A DNA stretch of 64,000 nt from Lama glama (GCA_028534125.1 CM052822.1:25792001-25856000), one strand, 5' to 3'; counted from the first letter of the stretch, positions 13,370 through 27,279 are shown. A program made the numbers and translations. The notes: a model not told the origin generated them from the sequence alone.

Positions 13370-14010
13370 TTTCAGTGAACTGCTAGTAAGAGCTTAAAGT
13401 ATTAGACCCTCTAGGAGCATTTCTATTTTAATAAATTAAAAAATAATAGTAGTAGTATTAATATCTGGCTTTATACATTTCAAGCTTTGTATCTCTTTAC
13501 CCATGTAATTCTGGTGTCAGAGGCTGCAGGGCATTTTCACATTGTGAAATGACCTTGGCGCTGGACTCCTGGGTGATCACTACAGATGAGTGGGCACATT
13601 GGGAAGTAGTTCTCCTGGAAATGCTCTTTAACTGAGATGGTTAGCAAGAACTTAGATCTACATGGAGGTGACTGTAAGCCACAAAAAAAATCCCATTAAA
13701 ATCCAACTAAATGTAACTATTCACAACTCAGTTTCCCCTTAAGTGGAGGTACATGCCAGAAATCCATGCAGTTATTCCAATGCCGTGGTACACAAGGAGA
13801 GAAAGGGGGAGAAGGAGGGGAAATTCAAGAGGAGAAAGACAGTGGCCTTAACTAATTATAGTTAAAATATTTTCTTTTGCAAATTCTGGGAAGATACATG
13901 ATTATGAGAACACATTGTTATGCTCCAGTGTCAGCCTTTCCCTTGAAGGGACTCATTTAAGTGAGGGGCCCTGAAACTCAAGCTTCATTAGTGTCTCAGT
14001 AAACTCACTT
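13370..14010. mobile_element. Probable old hAT-Tip100-type DNA transposon fragment
   Basis: Right end gaggggccctgaaactcaagcttcattagtgtctcagtaaa resembles hAT-Tip100 (MamTip/MamRep-like) termini; left boundary uncertain. Confidence 0.4.
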
Positions 14011-14496
14011 TTTCCTAAACATAGCTCAGTGACAGACACCTGGCAGCTGTACAAAATAGATATATAATAAATGGATGAATGAATAGATGAGATATAAATC
14101 TTATTTTCCCAGCATTTCAGATGAGGAATTTGCAACAGTTTTAAAGACACATAACAATAAACTGACATTCATATTAAAAAGCAAGTTTCCTATTCATGGG
14201 CTTTGCTATAAACCTCAATGACCAATACTTCTAATATAGTCCATTGTTGCTTGGGTACCTTGTCTAGCATTGCCCTGGGTCCAGGGAGCAAGCTGTCCGA
14301 AAGTGATAGTCTCTCTCCAAAAAGATTTGCATCTGCGTAAGTTCTATTTTCTGTTAAGAGGCATCCAGAAGAATGTAATGGCTAACGATCAGGTTATTTT
14401 TCCAGATATCAAAACCCTCTGACTTAGTTAGCTTATAAACTCCTGAGAAGGCTATTGGGTGATTGTATAAGGCTAGGGGTAGAAACAGAAGGATAT

Positions 14497-14676
14497 ACTC
14501 GGTCCTCCTTACCTGTGGGATCTGCATCCGTGGATTCAACCAACTGATGATCAGACACCAAAGGCCAACTGTACCGCAGCTGTACCATGCCATTTATAAG
14601 GGACTTGAGCACTCGCAGATTTTGTTATCCACGGGGGTCCTGGAATCAATCCCCTGCAGATACCGAGGGATGACTG
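14497..14676. mobile_element. TcMar-Tigger MITE (MER2-like)
   Basis: tgcatccgtggattcaaccaac...ataagggacttgagcactcgcagattttgttatccacgggggtcctggaatcaatcccctgcagataccgagggatgactg, flanked by TA. Confidence 0.85.
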
Positions 14677-14764
14677 TATTCATATTTTCTAGTGGTTTTC
14701 CAATCAGATTGCATAATATGCCTCTGATTCTGCCTTTAACATGAGGACTTTCAGATCAGTTCAC

Positions 14765-15110
14765 TAGGCAATATTGTATAAGGATTGAGAGCATGGTTTT
14801 GGAGTTGGAGTTCCTAGGCTCCCAATACAGTCTGCTGCTTACTGTGTGACCTTTGGTCAGTCACTTAAACTTATGGTGCCATCATATTTCATCACTTGTT
14901 GAATAAGACTGTTTGAGGGTTGAACGAATTAACATTGTGATTCATTAAGTTGCTGAATAAATACTAACAATTACCATCGTTATACTTGGTCTTGTATTTT
15001 GACTCTAACTAGCTTGTGAAATTGGCAAGCCCATTATATTTGTGGACCTCAGTTTCCTCATCAGTAAATGGAGTATTTAAATGATAGTTGAGTCATAAAA
15101 TTCTATGATA
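14765..15110 (+). mobile_element. Two adjacent MIR/MIR3 fragments
   Basis: gagagcatggttttggagttgg...ctgtgtgacctttggtcagtcacttaaac, and ctaactagcttgtg...ggacctcagtttcctcatcagtaaatgg...attctatga. Confidence 0.65.
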
Positions 15111-15889
15111 GAAGTAGTCTTAGGTAACTCTACATCATACTCAGAAAAAATGACTTTAAGTCAAAACTGTTGTGGAACTCCTTTGTTTAGTAATCGAAAG
15201 ATAAAAGCCCAGTCATTCTCTAGCATCTTAAGAAATAAATGAAAAAATCAAAAAGTTAGCCTTTTTTTTTTTTCTGTTTGGAAACAAGTATATTGAAGAG
15301 CCAGTCTTGTTGCCTAATGAACCAAGAATCCAGACTTTGGATTTCATTATTGTTATGATTTCAGATCCCACCAGAGTCTCTTATCAAATGTGGCCTCATT
15401 AAGTGCAAAGGCAATGTACTTTCCATTAAATTGTACTGAGCTAACTTGTGGTTGATGTGAGCCAAAATGAAATGTAATTATTTTAAATCTGTTCTTATTG
15501 GACTGTGGTTGCACATTGCAGACAGATATAACCACATGCGAAACTACTTGGGATTCCTCATTTATCTAGGCTGTATTCTGAGTAAGTATACTGAGTATCA
15601 AGCCTATTTAATGAGGCTCTATCAATATAAAAACTAATATAAAACAACTCCAGGGTGTTATTCTGTTTTGAGTAAGATACACCTAAGACAAACCAATCGA
15701 TTGGGTTATTTTTTCCTTTGCGGAAGATGGAACTTTCTAGAAACAGAGCCTTCAACATGTTATCTGTACATTTTGGTAGCCAGGAATTTTGTAAATATGT
15801 CTATAATCTTGGAAAAAAGAAAACACATCGCTTTTATTTTGTGCCAGTTTTAGCCCATCCATAATCAGCATTGTGTCTCTACGGGCCAT

Positions 15890-16401
15890 TGTGGTTTTTA
15901 CTAAGATTGCAAGTCGCCCTCAGCACTAACTATCTGGAAAACTTTGGAAAAGCTTTTTATTTACAGGTCCTGGAAATTACGTGGCATACCTGAGGCCACA
16001 CTGTAAGGCTGCAGAGACAGAGAGAGGAGACATGTATGCTTAGGGTTTTACTTTTACTGGGGCTCAAGAAGTGAGGGCCTAGGATTTTGAGGGTTTACTC
16101 TTTATTGGTGAATTTAAATCACGGAATTAGAAACTTTAAGTGCAGAAAGGGAAAAGAAAACAAGTGGCCTAATGGTTAGTTATTGGAATTCAATCAAGCT
16201 CTCTAATATAAGGGAGCCTAGAAGGGAAGAAGGGCGGGGTGTGCCTTAGCTCTTTATCTAATACTGTGGCTGAAAATGTGTTTATTTGAGATAGCCATTT
16301 CTGAAGCAGATGTCCCTTTGAAGCAGATGCCTCAGCAGTCAAAACTTAAATCAAGCACCTGCATTAGAAAAAAAAAGCCAACTGTCAGGGCTTGCACTAC
16401 A
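15890..16401 (-). mobile_element. Solo LTR, probably ERVL class (MER73/MER74/MER88-like group)
   Basis: TG...CA termini (tgtggt...cactaca), about 510 bp, agctttttatttacaggtcctgg (AATAAA on the minus strand), possible degenerate 5-bp TSD gccat/gcttt; subfamily uncertain. Confidence 0.6.
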
Positions 16402-16414
16402 GCTTTCTAATCAT

Positions 16415-16612
16415 AAGTGCTAACATTTGCTCTATACTAGAAATGGTTTTAAGTGTGTATTGCGTTAACTAACTCATTTAATCTATTTTTACAGAGGAGG
16501 AAATAGAAGCACAGAGAGACTGTGCAGTTTATCAGGCTCATATAGCTAGTGAAGGACAAAGCTGGATTCACATCCAGGAAGTGCACTTTGAATATGTGGT
16601 TGTAACCACTAA
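16415..16612 (-). mobile_element. MIR SINE
   Basis: taactcatttaatc...ttttacagaggaggaaatagaagcacagagag...catatagctagtga...gctggattca. Confidence 0.75.
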
Positions 16613-16624
16613 ATTATTAGTATT

Positions 16625-17440
16625 TCTTTTTTTTTAATTTAAGTGTTAGTTTCTGGTATACAGCATAGTGATTCAGTTATACATATATATTTTCTTTTTT
16701 GTTATAGGTTATTACAAGATATTGCCTATGGTTCCATATGCTATCCAGTAGGAACCTCATTGTTTATTTTATATACAGTAGTGTCTATCTGTTAACCCCA
16801 AGGTCCTAATTTATCCCTCCCTCCCCACTCCTGCTTTTGGTAACTGTAAGTTTGTGTTCTGTATCTGTGAGTCTGAGTCTGTTTCTGTTTTGTAAATAAG
16901 TTCATTTGTGTCATTTTTTTAGCTTCCACATGTAAGTTATATTATATAATATATGTCTTTCTATGTCTGACTTACTTCACTTAGTATGATAATCTNNNNN
17001 NNNNNNNNNNNNNNNNNNNNNNNNNNNNNNNNNNNNNNNNNNNNNNNNNNNNNNNNNNNNNNNNNNNNNNNNNNNNNNNNNNNNNNNNNNNNNNNNNNNN
17101 NNNNNNNNNNNNNNNNNNNNNNNNNNNNNNNNNNNNNNNNNNNNNNNNNNNNNNTGCATGAGTCTTTTACAATTAGAGTTTTCTCCAAATATATGCCCAG
17201 GAGTGGGGTTGCTGGATCATATGGTAAGTTTATTTAAAGTTTTTTGAGGAATCTCCATACTGTTTTCCATAGGGGCTGCACCAAATTCCATTCCCGGTGA
17301 AAGTGTAGGAGGGTTCCCTTTTTTCCACACCCTCTCCAGCATTTGTTGTTTGTGGACTTTTTAATGATGTTCATTTTGACTGGAGTGAAGTGATACCTCG
17401 TTGTAGTTTTGATTTGCATTTCTCTGATAATTAGCAATAT
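16625..17440 (-). mobile_element. Young L1, 5'-truncated: 3' UTR plus ORF2 C-terminal (Cys-rich) fragment; spans an assembly gap
   Basis: ORF 17437-17234 [21 protein letters not shown]...[20 protein letters not shown]...[16 protein letters not shown] is the L1 ORF2 C-terminus; poly-T and 3' UTR at 16625-16995. Confidence 0.95.
16996..17154. other. Assembly gap (N run)
   Basis: Run of N. Confidence 1.
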
Positions 17441-18119
17441 TGTAAACTACAACTATTTGTCAAATTCCTCCTAAGTTATGTTGGTTTCTTAAGCACTGAA
17501 TAGTAAGAATTGAAACAACAGAATCCAAGTTTGTATCTGGTGATATTTATGTCTTATTTTGTTTCTCAGTTAGGAAGAATATGATATCAAATGCAACCCA
17601 ATTTTGAAATAGGAAAACCAGCTAATAAGTGGTTATAAAACTTGCCTGAAGCAACATGGAGATGTTAGTGAAAGCAGGAATAGGTACAAGCTTTTGACTG
17701 ACTCAGTTTCTTAACTAAAGCACTAGGGAATGTCTTTCCAGTGACAACCTTCAATGGCTGTAGGGGATAGAAGTAACTAGGAGACAATTAGTGATTCCAG
17801 AGGGAAGTGTCAGAACATGAAATGCTTGAGGGTGAAAGGAGGGTGCAAGGGTCTAGCTTATGGTAATAAGTTTGCTGGCAAGCCCAACTTGAAACAAAAT
17901 TAATGATATACTTTAAAATGGCATTCCAAAAGGATCTTACTATTCAACACTTTTGTTTCAAGCATCCATGTTATAGAGTTAGCTTACATTTTTCATCCCT
18001 GAAGTCTTTTTCCAGAGGCAAAGACACATGGGCAATCCTACAAACTCTTCCCTAGATTTACTGGGAAGTATAGTCCCTTTGTATTTTGTAGATTTCGAAA
18101 GTAGAGTATTAATTTATAT

Positions 18120-18815
18120 CAGAAGCAATGGCTCTTTAATAGATGTATTACATGCAAAACAAGCTGACATACCAACACAGATTGGAAAATAAAAATCATT
18201 TATAATCCCATTACTCAGAAACTATCAGCATCTTCTTATCCATATTTCTACTGATAACAACTATGGAATCATATGCATCTACAATTTAAAATCTTGTATT
18301 TCACTTTATGTGAATATTTCCCCAGATCATTACATGTTTTAAAATTTTTGGTCTGAAAACTCCATTGTATGAGTGGATAATAACTCATTGCACATTGTAC
18401 CATAACTTATTTGATGTGCTCCTATGTTGAACAATTGGGTTATTTACAGATGTTTGTTTTTTGAATAATAAGTACTTTTATAAGTGAATATTTGTTTGAA
18501 TTTTTATTATTTTTAGGATAGTCATCCACAAGGTAGGCATTTATTTTCAGACTGTACAGTTTAAAATAAAATCTTTAATATGTATTATAAAATTATTTTA
18601 CAGAAACATCTTGCTGATTTTTGTTTTATCAGCTGTATAAAAAGGATGTCTGTTTTTATCAAATCCTCACAAACATTAAGGATTATTATGAAAAAAGTCT
18701 CAGTTACTTTAATAGGGTAACCATCATATCCTATTCAGTTCCCATTTCTTAAATATTTATTTATCATCTGTGTTTCCTCTTTTGCAATAAATTTCCTGCT
18801 TACATCCTTTGTCTA
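18120..18815 (-). mobile_element. Old L1 (L1ME-type) fragment
   Basis: tataatcccattactcagaaa...ccattgtatgagtgg...taccataacttatttg...gttgaacaattgggttattt...tttcctgcttacatcctttg. Confidence 0.6.
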
Positions 18816-19096
18816 AGTTTTAAAATATTAAAGAAGTGTTTGCTATTATATGTTATGATCAAAACATTGAAAAGTCTGAGCAAACTTGTTGAAAGCAAAC
18901 ATACTAAATGCCAATCAAACAGCTTCATGGGAATTTAAAATTTGTCTTTACCAATCTTCTTTAACACTGTTTTCATGAGAAATGTGGAAAGATTTAGTCA
19001 GAACAAATAATATGTGTATAGTATCTTACACAAAGGTGATAAATTATAAATAGGGCAGAACTGTGGTTTACAATTTTGGAAAAGAGAAATGCATTC

Positions 19097-19145
19097 TGTG
19101 TGTCTGTGTGTGTATGTATATATGTGTGTGTGTGTGTATATATAT
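19097..19145 (+). repeat. Compound (TG)n/(TA)n microsatellite
   Basis: tgtgtgtctgtgtgtgtatgtatatatgtgtgtgtgtgtgtatatata. Confidence 0.9.
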
Positions 19146-22100
19146 TCCTGAGCCTTTTTCACTACTCTAAGTATATAATCCATTGCTTCTGCACTCCTAT
19201 ACTGCATGACAACAACTTAGAAGAGAAAACAAATGAGCAAGAAAACAGACTTGTACAAATACTGTCAAATGTCTTTTCCCATGTCCAACCCCTTGGGTTA
19301 AACAGTCTAATCACTTCTTTGACCCCATTCACCAAATTAGCTTTCAGTTTGTTCAAGTAGATCTGCAGCTTTGAAGATGTACATTTTGTTCCCTCTTTGT
19401 TCCCCACCCTCCGCCCTCTGGATTCTCCTTTTCTTAAGCAAAGGGCACAAGTTTGCTTAGATGCAAAATTTGTCTGTACTTTTCAGAAATTAAAATGAAT
19501 CTTCCCAAGTCTGAGAACAACAATTCCATTTGGCTTAACTCCAGTAATCTTCAGGGGGAAAAAGAAAAAAACCCAGCAACTGTAAGGAGAGTAATGATTT
19601 GTAGAAATCTGCAGGAGGCCTTGGTCCTTGGTCCAGGAGTATTACTGCTGACAATTACACAAATAGTGTTCCTATGCAATTATCCCTGCAATAACCGATA
19701 GCAAGCAAAAATTATAGAGGCCTGATGTGATTTATGCCCAGAGGTTTCTATGTAGCACTTTGTTTGAATCAAAATGGCTATCTTTTTTTTTTCTTTAAAG
19801 AAAAGAATCGGTCAACTCCTTAGGAGAATGTAATTTTCTTCCATCTAGTTTTAAATGGCATTAGCACAGCAATCAGATGTCAAGGTGAAAGATAAACATG
19901 TCTGCTCCAGGGTGCGTAAATGGTGAAAATATCAGGTAATGTGGAACCATCTCCCTGGCTTTTGCATTTTAAATAGCATTAACATTGTGTAGTGTACAGT
20001 TATGATTTCTTAAACTGTTTTCTCTCTACAATGGGCAATCAGTTACATGATTTAAAAATATACTGTGTTGTCAAGTTTTTCTATTGAATGTGAGTTCACA
20101 GAACAAAATTCAATTTGTTTTGTTTTTCATTTTTGTATGAGTAGTGCATTGTATTTATTTCCACGATTCCTTCAATGTCACCATTCAACTGCCCTTAATT
20201 GAAAACTGCTTGTGTTTACTCTTTGCCCAGGAGATTACATTTCAGGACATGAGCAATACATTTTAAGCAAATCAGACTGGGAGAAAAAAAATGTTTCTTT
20301 TTAAAGATGCCAGTATTAACGATCATGTGTGAAGTCCATTTAAGGACACTGGCAGCCATTTAACAAAAACTAAGTGCAGCTGCAAAATGGAAGAGTAGGG
20401 GAAAGTTCTTGGATATCAGATCCCCCTCAAGTGACCTCTACTATCAAAGACTAGAGACTGCAAGGCAGTTTTAGTGAAACTGCCTTTGGAGATTGTGCAG
20501 ACTCTGGGCGAAAGGGGAAAAGGCAGACCCGGACAAGCAAATCTATTTCTCTATCCTTAATGCACTAAATGGAAAATGGATTCCAGTGGACAAACAAGTT
20601 ACTTCCTCATTGGGGCTTAAAAAGAAGACAGCCCATATGATTGGAAATTTGGTAGCTTTTTATATAAGGACTCAAATTTTTTTCTGAGGGAGATGGTGCA
20701 CTTTATTTTGCTTATTATATCTGCTAGAAAAACAGAAACAATCAAATGTTTTTCTATATTTAAGTACTGGAGCAGAAATTGCCTGTTACATGATTATTGC
20801 TAAATAAACGCTTCTTAGATTAAATGCTACTGGACATAGCCTTGGCTTGAAGTGTGGGCCAGTTTCAAGACTATGTGGCTTATTAGGACTACATCCAGGT
20901 TTGAGTCCTAATCCAGAATTGATTTTATAGGAATAGAGGGGCTACTCAGAGAAATTTTGCATAGTTGCAGCTTCAGATTGATCTCTCCAGCCAAATCTCT
21001 TTTTCCTCTATCTTCCAACCAGCTTATTGCCATGGACTTAGTGAATCACCAGGAACCACCAGGCTAAAATGTACAAAGAAGGGAATCAATCATCCTGAGT
21101 CATGATCATCTGAATTCTTTGTTCTGTTTGATAAAGTCTCCAAAGTCTATTGGTCTTCCCCAGTTGAGTCATATTAATAATTCCATATCATAATGTAGTT
21201 CTCTGGTTAGTGTTGGAATTTTCTGTGGCACTGAGAAAACTTTTAAATATATTTCCAAGCACATTTCTTAGAAGAAATTCTTTGCTATAACTGTGGAATT
21301 TAGTATCGAATCTTTAGAGAGCTGAAAAGGTCATATTAATAGCCAGGGTGTGATTTTGATCCACAAAGCGTTAAAAGATACACAAGGTGTTTAGGATAGG
21401 AGCTAAACTTATGAAGAGCCAAAATCTTATTCCCAATAGGATGTGGGACCCAGGGAGCTTATCAAATCAAGAAGGAAATGAAAAAAGGATATGTAAATGT
21501 TTACACACTGTCATTGTTTAGGTCTTTGCCTGCTGGCATTTAGAGTGATGCTGAAGTTGTCTAAAAATACAGTACTAGCCAGGGGCAGTCCTTCAGTCTA
21601 ATGAGACAGATGTGATCCAAATGGAGAGATGATGCACTCATCAGTGGAGGAGAAAGGTGAACCATATGGTGTGAGATCAGCTCACATCCATCAGGATGAG
21701 ACCATCAGTGGTCTCTGGATTTGAAGCTGAGGGTGTGGTGCTTATGGGGTTGTACACATGTTTGGGAAGAGGGTAGGTAAGTGAGCAGAAGGTCTCAACA
21801 CCCTGAATTGTGATAAATAAATACACTTAAAATAGAAGAGTTCTTATTCTATTAGTATATGTTACTTATATTTTTTCTCATGCTTCCACGTCCTTTATCA
21901 TTTTCAAAATTCAGGGAAAGCAAAATAGTATTTGGGAAGGAAAGAGGTTCTAGAGATATCTTCTTTGACATTTGTAAATAAATAGAACATGGCTGATCTA
22001 TTTCTTGGATTCTTTAGCTTTTTCCATTTCAAGCCTCCTATTCCCTAGGAAGGCTCTTTGCTTGAAATGGTGACCAGAACAATAGGATTTGTAACAGTAT

Positions 22101-23396
22101 GTGCAGGAAGATTTTAAGGATTTTTTTTAAAAAAGAGAGAAAGAGTAAGACTTCAGCTCTTCTGATTGCAGTTTAAAATTTGATTTGATTCTGTTAGAAT
22201 TCCAGAGTGGGATCTCAGATTGGTGGGATATTGCCATGATTTCCTGATTCACATGGGCTTTAAGTCCCTTGTAGATCAGAACATATCTAGATGCCATTTT
22301 CTACCAAAGCTTGACAGTGGGATGGCTAGCCCATGCATGGTGTGTGGGAGGGCCCTGCAGTTTGGCTTCATTTCTGATAAAGCTAGGTCCATGATAGAAG
22401 GCATTGAATGAAAAGATAGCATGCAACCCAGGTATGCTGGTGTCAAGAACCTGCGGTCTGAATGGTCAGGAGTGAACACAGTCCACTGGTTTGGGAAAAC
22501 TGACACACAACTGATAGACTGAAGTCCAGTGGGAGTTATTTTCTGCTTAGCACTCCACTGGTGGCTGCATTTGTGAATCAACTAAGGGCAGCTTTTATTG
22601 ATATGGTCACTTTGCTGTTACTTTCCATTTTGAAGTGTGTCTCTTTGATGGATGTATAAGGAATCCACGTAGACACCTCTGACAGAAGACACCAGGCAGA
22701 AGATACAGCTAGATTTTGAGCAATCCTGAGTCCACAAAAGAGATGACACAGACTGCTGAGTAAAACACAGCAAGCCAGTTTGTAAAGAGACCAAGCGTTA
22801 TGTGACAGAAGCACCTAAGTCACTGTTCAGGCTGCTTGTCTTTGAGAGCTAGAGAGAAGGCTTCTGTCTGAAAGGAGAAAAGAAAAACTCTCCCAAGGCT
22901 AAAGCACACCAGGTTATAAAAGCTTCGAGTAGAGATTTGTTGACCCTTTGTCCTGATCTCCCCAGCCTCATTTCTTTGTTCTCTTGGTAAGGACCCTCTG
23001 CTAGAATTTAAGCAGTCTCCTTCACAGGTCTTGTCTATGACTTGTTCATTACTGGTTTTGAACCTTCACGTATGTCATTTCTAACTTACAGAATATATTC
23101 TCTGCCTGCCATTGGTATACCTACGCTATGTTTTTGCTCTCCTTCAAAAATCTGGCGTAAGTCTAACTGTACTGTCAGTTCGATCGTACTATTGCTGCCT
23201 GAGGGCAGGAATGAATGTGTTTATACAATGTATTCTTCCCTCCTCCCTCCATCCAGAACAGTCCAGTAATTGGCAAGCAGCAGGCACTGAGCACATGTTA
23301 CAGTTGTAGATTCTATAATAAGAAGTCTTTTTATGATGGACCCACTTAGAGAAGTGAGTGCCAGGAAAGTGCAATAAGAGTGATTATATAAAATGC

Positions 23397-23872
23397 TGTG
23401 TTCTGAGTGTCTACTACTGCGTAACTATCCCAAAACTTAGTGACTTGACACAACAATAATCTGCCATAAGGCAGAACTTCAAAGGAATTGCTTACCTCTG
23501 CTCCATGTGGCATTAGACGGACTCTAGATTCTGGAGGATCTACTTCTTTGATTGCTCACTGATCCGGTTGGCAAGTTGGCTCTGGTTGTTGGCTATGAGT
23601 TCAGCTGCAACTGTTGGCTGGGAGCCCTGGTTTCTCTCCTTGTGGGTACCTCCGCAAAGTTATCTGTGCTTCCTTTCAGCATGGTAGATGAATTCCAAGA
23701 CAGTGTGTTCCAAAGGCAGGAAGTAAACGCTAACAGGTCAGTTAAGGGCTATGTCTTACTTTATCAGACACAAATTCTACCCCTTTGTCGGGGAGTGTCA
23801 TGGTCATAGTGTAGAAGACCACATGTGATAGGAGATATTATTTTGGCCATATTTGGAAAATACTGTCTGTCA
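23397..23872 (-). mobile_element. MaLR solo LTR (MLT1 family)
   Basis: ctactgcgtaactatcccaaaacttagtgactt...cctctgctccatgtggc...ctggaggatctacttc...ggcaagttggctctggttgttggct...ggccatatttggaaaatac. Confidence 0.85.
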
Positions 23873-23954
23873 TGCTGCTTTACTAATGAAATTATTCAAA
23901 GTCACAGTACATCAAGGGAGGAAACACATTGATAGTGAACTCTTCTCACAATTA

Positions 23955-24185
23955 ATGATGATAGTTAATATTTATTTATCACTCTGTACCAGGCACTGGG
24001 CAAAAAGTTTATACATGATCATTTGATTCTCACAACTTATGAGTTGGACACTTATTATTGTCCCCATTTTACAGGTGAAGAAACTGAGATATAAAGAGGT
24101 AATATAGTTCGTTCAGGTCACAACTATTGAATGGCAAAGACACGATGCTAATCCAAATGGTCTAACCCTAGAACTTGTATTCTTC
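23955..24185 (-). mobile_element. MIR SINE
   Basis: ctctgtaccaggcactgggc...catttgattctcacaac...ttattgtccccattttacaggtgaagaaactgag...aggtcacaact. Confidence 0.85.
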
Positions 24186-26739
24186 TGTCTCTTGCTCAGT
24201 GATCATATAGAGTGAGACATTATAATGTAGCACAAAGAGACAAGAAATAGCAGCATTGTTAATCCAGGGGTTAAGAACCTAGGCTTGAGTTCATGTGCTC
24301 ACGGGGTTATTACACAGCATTGATCATGTGTGTGTGTCCTTTGTTATTACCAGAGTCATAAAAGAGTAACTCTCTAAACTCTTAAATGTTAAAAAAAGTA
24401 AGACATCCCCTTTTTCACAAGGCAGGCTTACTCTCAAATATCTTACAACAGAATCAGTTAAATTCTTCCTTTAAAATCTTCTGAAAGAGGCGTGCGTGTT
24501 ACACTGGGAGCATACCTGCTTTGGGGCCTGGGACAGACTTGGTCAAACTCCCAGTGACTCTTTTGCAATCCTTATAATTTTGGATAAATTACTGACCCCT
24601 CCCCTCAGAGCCTATTTTCCTGGTTTGTGGAATAGGGCTTTGTAGAATACCTTTAAGGGCTGGGAGGAAAACATAATATGCTATGTTTAATGTACCTGGC
24701 AGTAATAGGTTTTCATCTGGTGTTATTTTCTTTAAAGGTAATTTGAGTGTTGCACAGAACTAGTGCAGTAAAAACATTTCCTTCTCAAGTAGCTGCTACC
24801 CTTTAAAGGCAGGAAAAATCCCTAAAGAAATCCATATGCCAAATCGTTTACATGTGGCTACATAAAAGGACCAGCCTACATCTCTGTGTTCAGTAGCATG
24901 CCGAGTGCCATATTTTCTTCCTTTGTCTCTTATCTGAGTTCCCAAAGTTAACTTCCAGCAGTAAGTCCATATAATGCACAAGTTATTTTCCTCATGTAAA
25001 TGCAGTTAATCCATTCAGTGTTAATAGAGAGCCTGAGCTGGGTCTGGTGCCTAAGCAGAGCCAAGTGTAGTCCTTCTCAGTTTAGGTCTGTATATTTTAT
25101 CTCATATTCTCTTTCAAGGTAACTCTAAGAAGACAGAGTTCAGTCATAGAAACTCAAATATTTCAATGACTACAAAATGCCAATTTAAAGTGGGTGTGAC
25201 ATACTCGGCCAATTCTCAACTTGCTTGCCAACTCTGACCTATTTGTAGTGATTGCTGGAAGCACTGGTTTTCTGAAACTACAACCAGGCTGGCATGAAAG
25301 ATCGTCGGGATTGATGATTCCCTCCGTTTCTTCCATGGAGGGAGAGATGGTAATGGGAGAGCCATGTATTTGCCATGTTTATTCGAGGTATTCATTATTT
25401 ATTAAGAAGACAAAGAAGGGCTCCTTTTCATTTCATTTAGATGCCTCAGCTACAAAACAGGATTCTATTGAAAGGTTGACATTATTCGTTTCTGAACATC
25501 TTAACACCCACTTAACTTCCATAGATATATAGTTAGATCATATAAAAAAAACAGCATATGTAGACATTTATCATTATCAGAGGATTACAAGTTGTAAACT
25601 TTAACTTCTCAGACCCAACCTCATTTTATGAGACTAAAGATAGCCATGGACCCACTTTACTCCTTGGCAGTAGTTACCTCAAAGACTGCTGACATTTGGA
25701 AACCGGGGAAGCTGAACACTGACTCTCTAAAGAACACACTCTTAATTCTAGAACAAAAGGTGATCTGATCTGTATGACTGTGTTTGATGTGATCTACTGC
25801 AAGGGAGTATACCTTGTGGTCATAGAGATGCTTTCGTTTTGGAAACAGCCGCTCACTGAACCTACATTATTTCTGTTGCACCCTCCAATGGTAGGCTGTT
25901 GGCAAGTATTTATTGTCCTTTCTGCAAAGTGTTAGCTAAATTCCTTTTCCAAGGCAATGGGGCCCTGAGGGAACGTCAAGGAAAGGGGGAGAGGGAGAGG
26001 AGTCTGGGATGAGCTGTCTGGGTCTATAACTTCCTTCCAGGCCATTAGTTGATCTATTGGATCAGATTTTCTCAACCTTTTGTGTGTAACTTTCCTGGCA
26101 GAGTTGCTGAATTATGTGCAGCAACTTTCAGCAAGCTGTTTAGGTCAGGGGGCTTTTCTCTGGCATTTAGCTCCCACGTACTTAAACAAAACCTCAATTT
26201 GCTGAGGTTTTTAACACTAGAAGTTGTTCTCCTATCCACTTCTATTATTTCTTCCTCTCATTGTTATTCGTAACACATCTGGCTGCAGGTTATAGCATTT
26301 TGGCTGCGTTTCACCATGCTAACCTCTGTTACTTCTCCTAGGGTTTAGGAAACAGTTCCCTCTGGATTGAAATATTAATGATCATAAGTACAACAGCAAC
26401 CCCTCTGCTTTTCAAGTAATGCAATTCTAAGCCGAAGGGCAGCAGTGCCAATTATAACTACGGGAATCCTATATATTCTCCCAGTAGGATACGCAGATGC
26501 ACACACAGGGACTCAGCTGGGCTCTGATACTTGTAACTCGATGCTTCCTTGTGCTTTGGTGTTTTGAGGCTCTAAAAGAGAAAAATGATTCTAGCAAGGA
26601 GATTTGGTTGCTGAGGGAGAACCACTCACAACTGCTGAGCTAGCTGTGTAGGAAATTGCCCTTAAGTGTGTGGTGGGGTCTCCTCACCTCTTCTTGCAAC
26701 ACTCAGTTGCGGAGATGAGGAAAGCCTATGACTGAGTTT

Positions 26740-26766
26740 CTCTCTCTCTCTCTCTCTTTCTCTCTC
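26740..26766 (+). repeat. (CT)n microsatellite
   Basis: ctctctctctctctctctttctctctc. Confidence 0.85.
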
Positions 26767-27279
26767 AATTTCTCCTCACTCCTCTGGGCTGTTTTCAGTA
26801 ATCAGAATAGTGTGCAGGGAATGTAGTAGTAGGTTTTATTTTCAACTCAACTGCCACCTGAGAGACAGGCCCTCTACACCCTGGGACATTCAGCCCAAGG
26901 GTGAAAACAAATAAGCAAAGATTATGAAATGGGTCGAGTCACATGGTGTAGGGAGCCTCTTGGCAGAAACAGATCTACAGATAAAATCTTTTGAGGCTGA
27001 CTTTTCTGCTAGACTACTCCCTAGCTCCAAGCTGACAGTGAAAAGCCTTAGACTTTTAGATAGCACAGTCAGGTTTTATAAAGATCCATGAGTTCTCAAC
27101 AGGAAGAAAGGAGACAAAATGTAGAGCAGAGCACCGGGCAAGGAAAAACAGAGAGATTTACATAAAAAGAGAGTTGTGCCCAAAGAGTGAAACTACCAAA
27201 GGTGGCAAAATAGAAATAATTGCCAAGAAACAAAACCCTCAAACAATGTGTGATTAAGCGACCAAATGAGAGTTGCAGA

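Noticed and set aside
17234-17437. 67-aa ORF as a host gene exon
   Set aside because: It is the C-terminal part of L1 ORF2 in a truncated L1.
20462-20486. Perfect 10-bp hairpin aaggcagttt-tagtg-aaactgcctt resembling an iron-responsive element
   Set aside because: The loop is TAGTG rather than CAGTGH, there is no unpaired C bulge, it is not in a recognisable UTR, and one such stem is plausible by chance in 64 kb.
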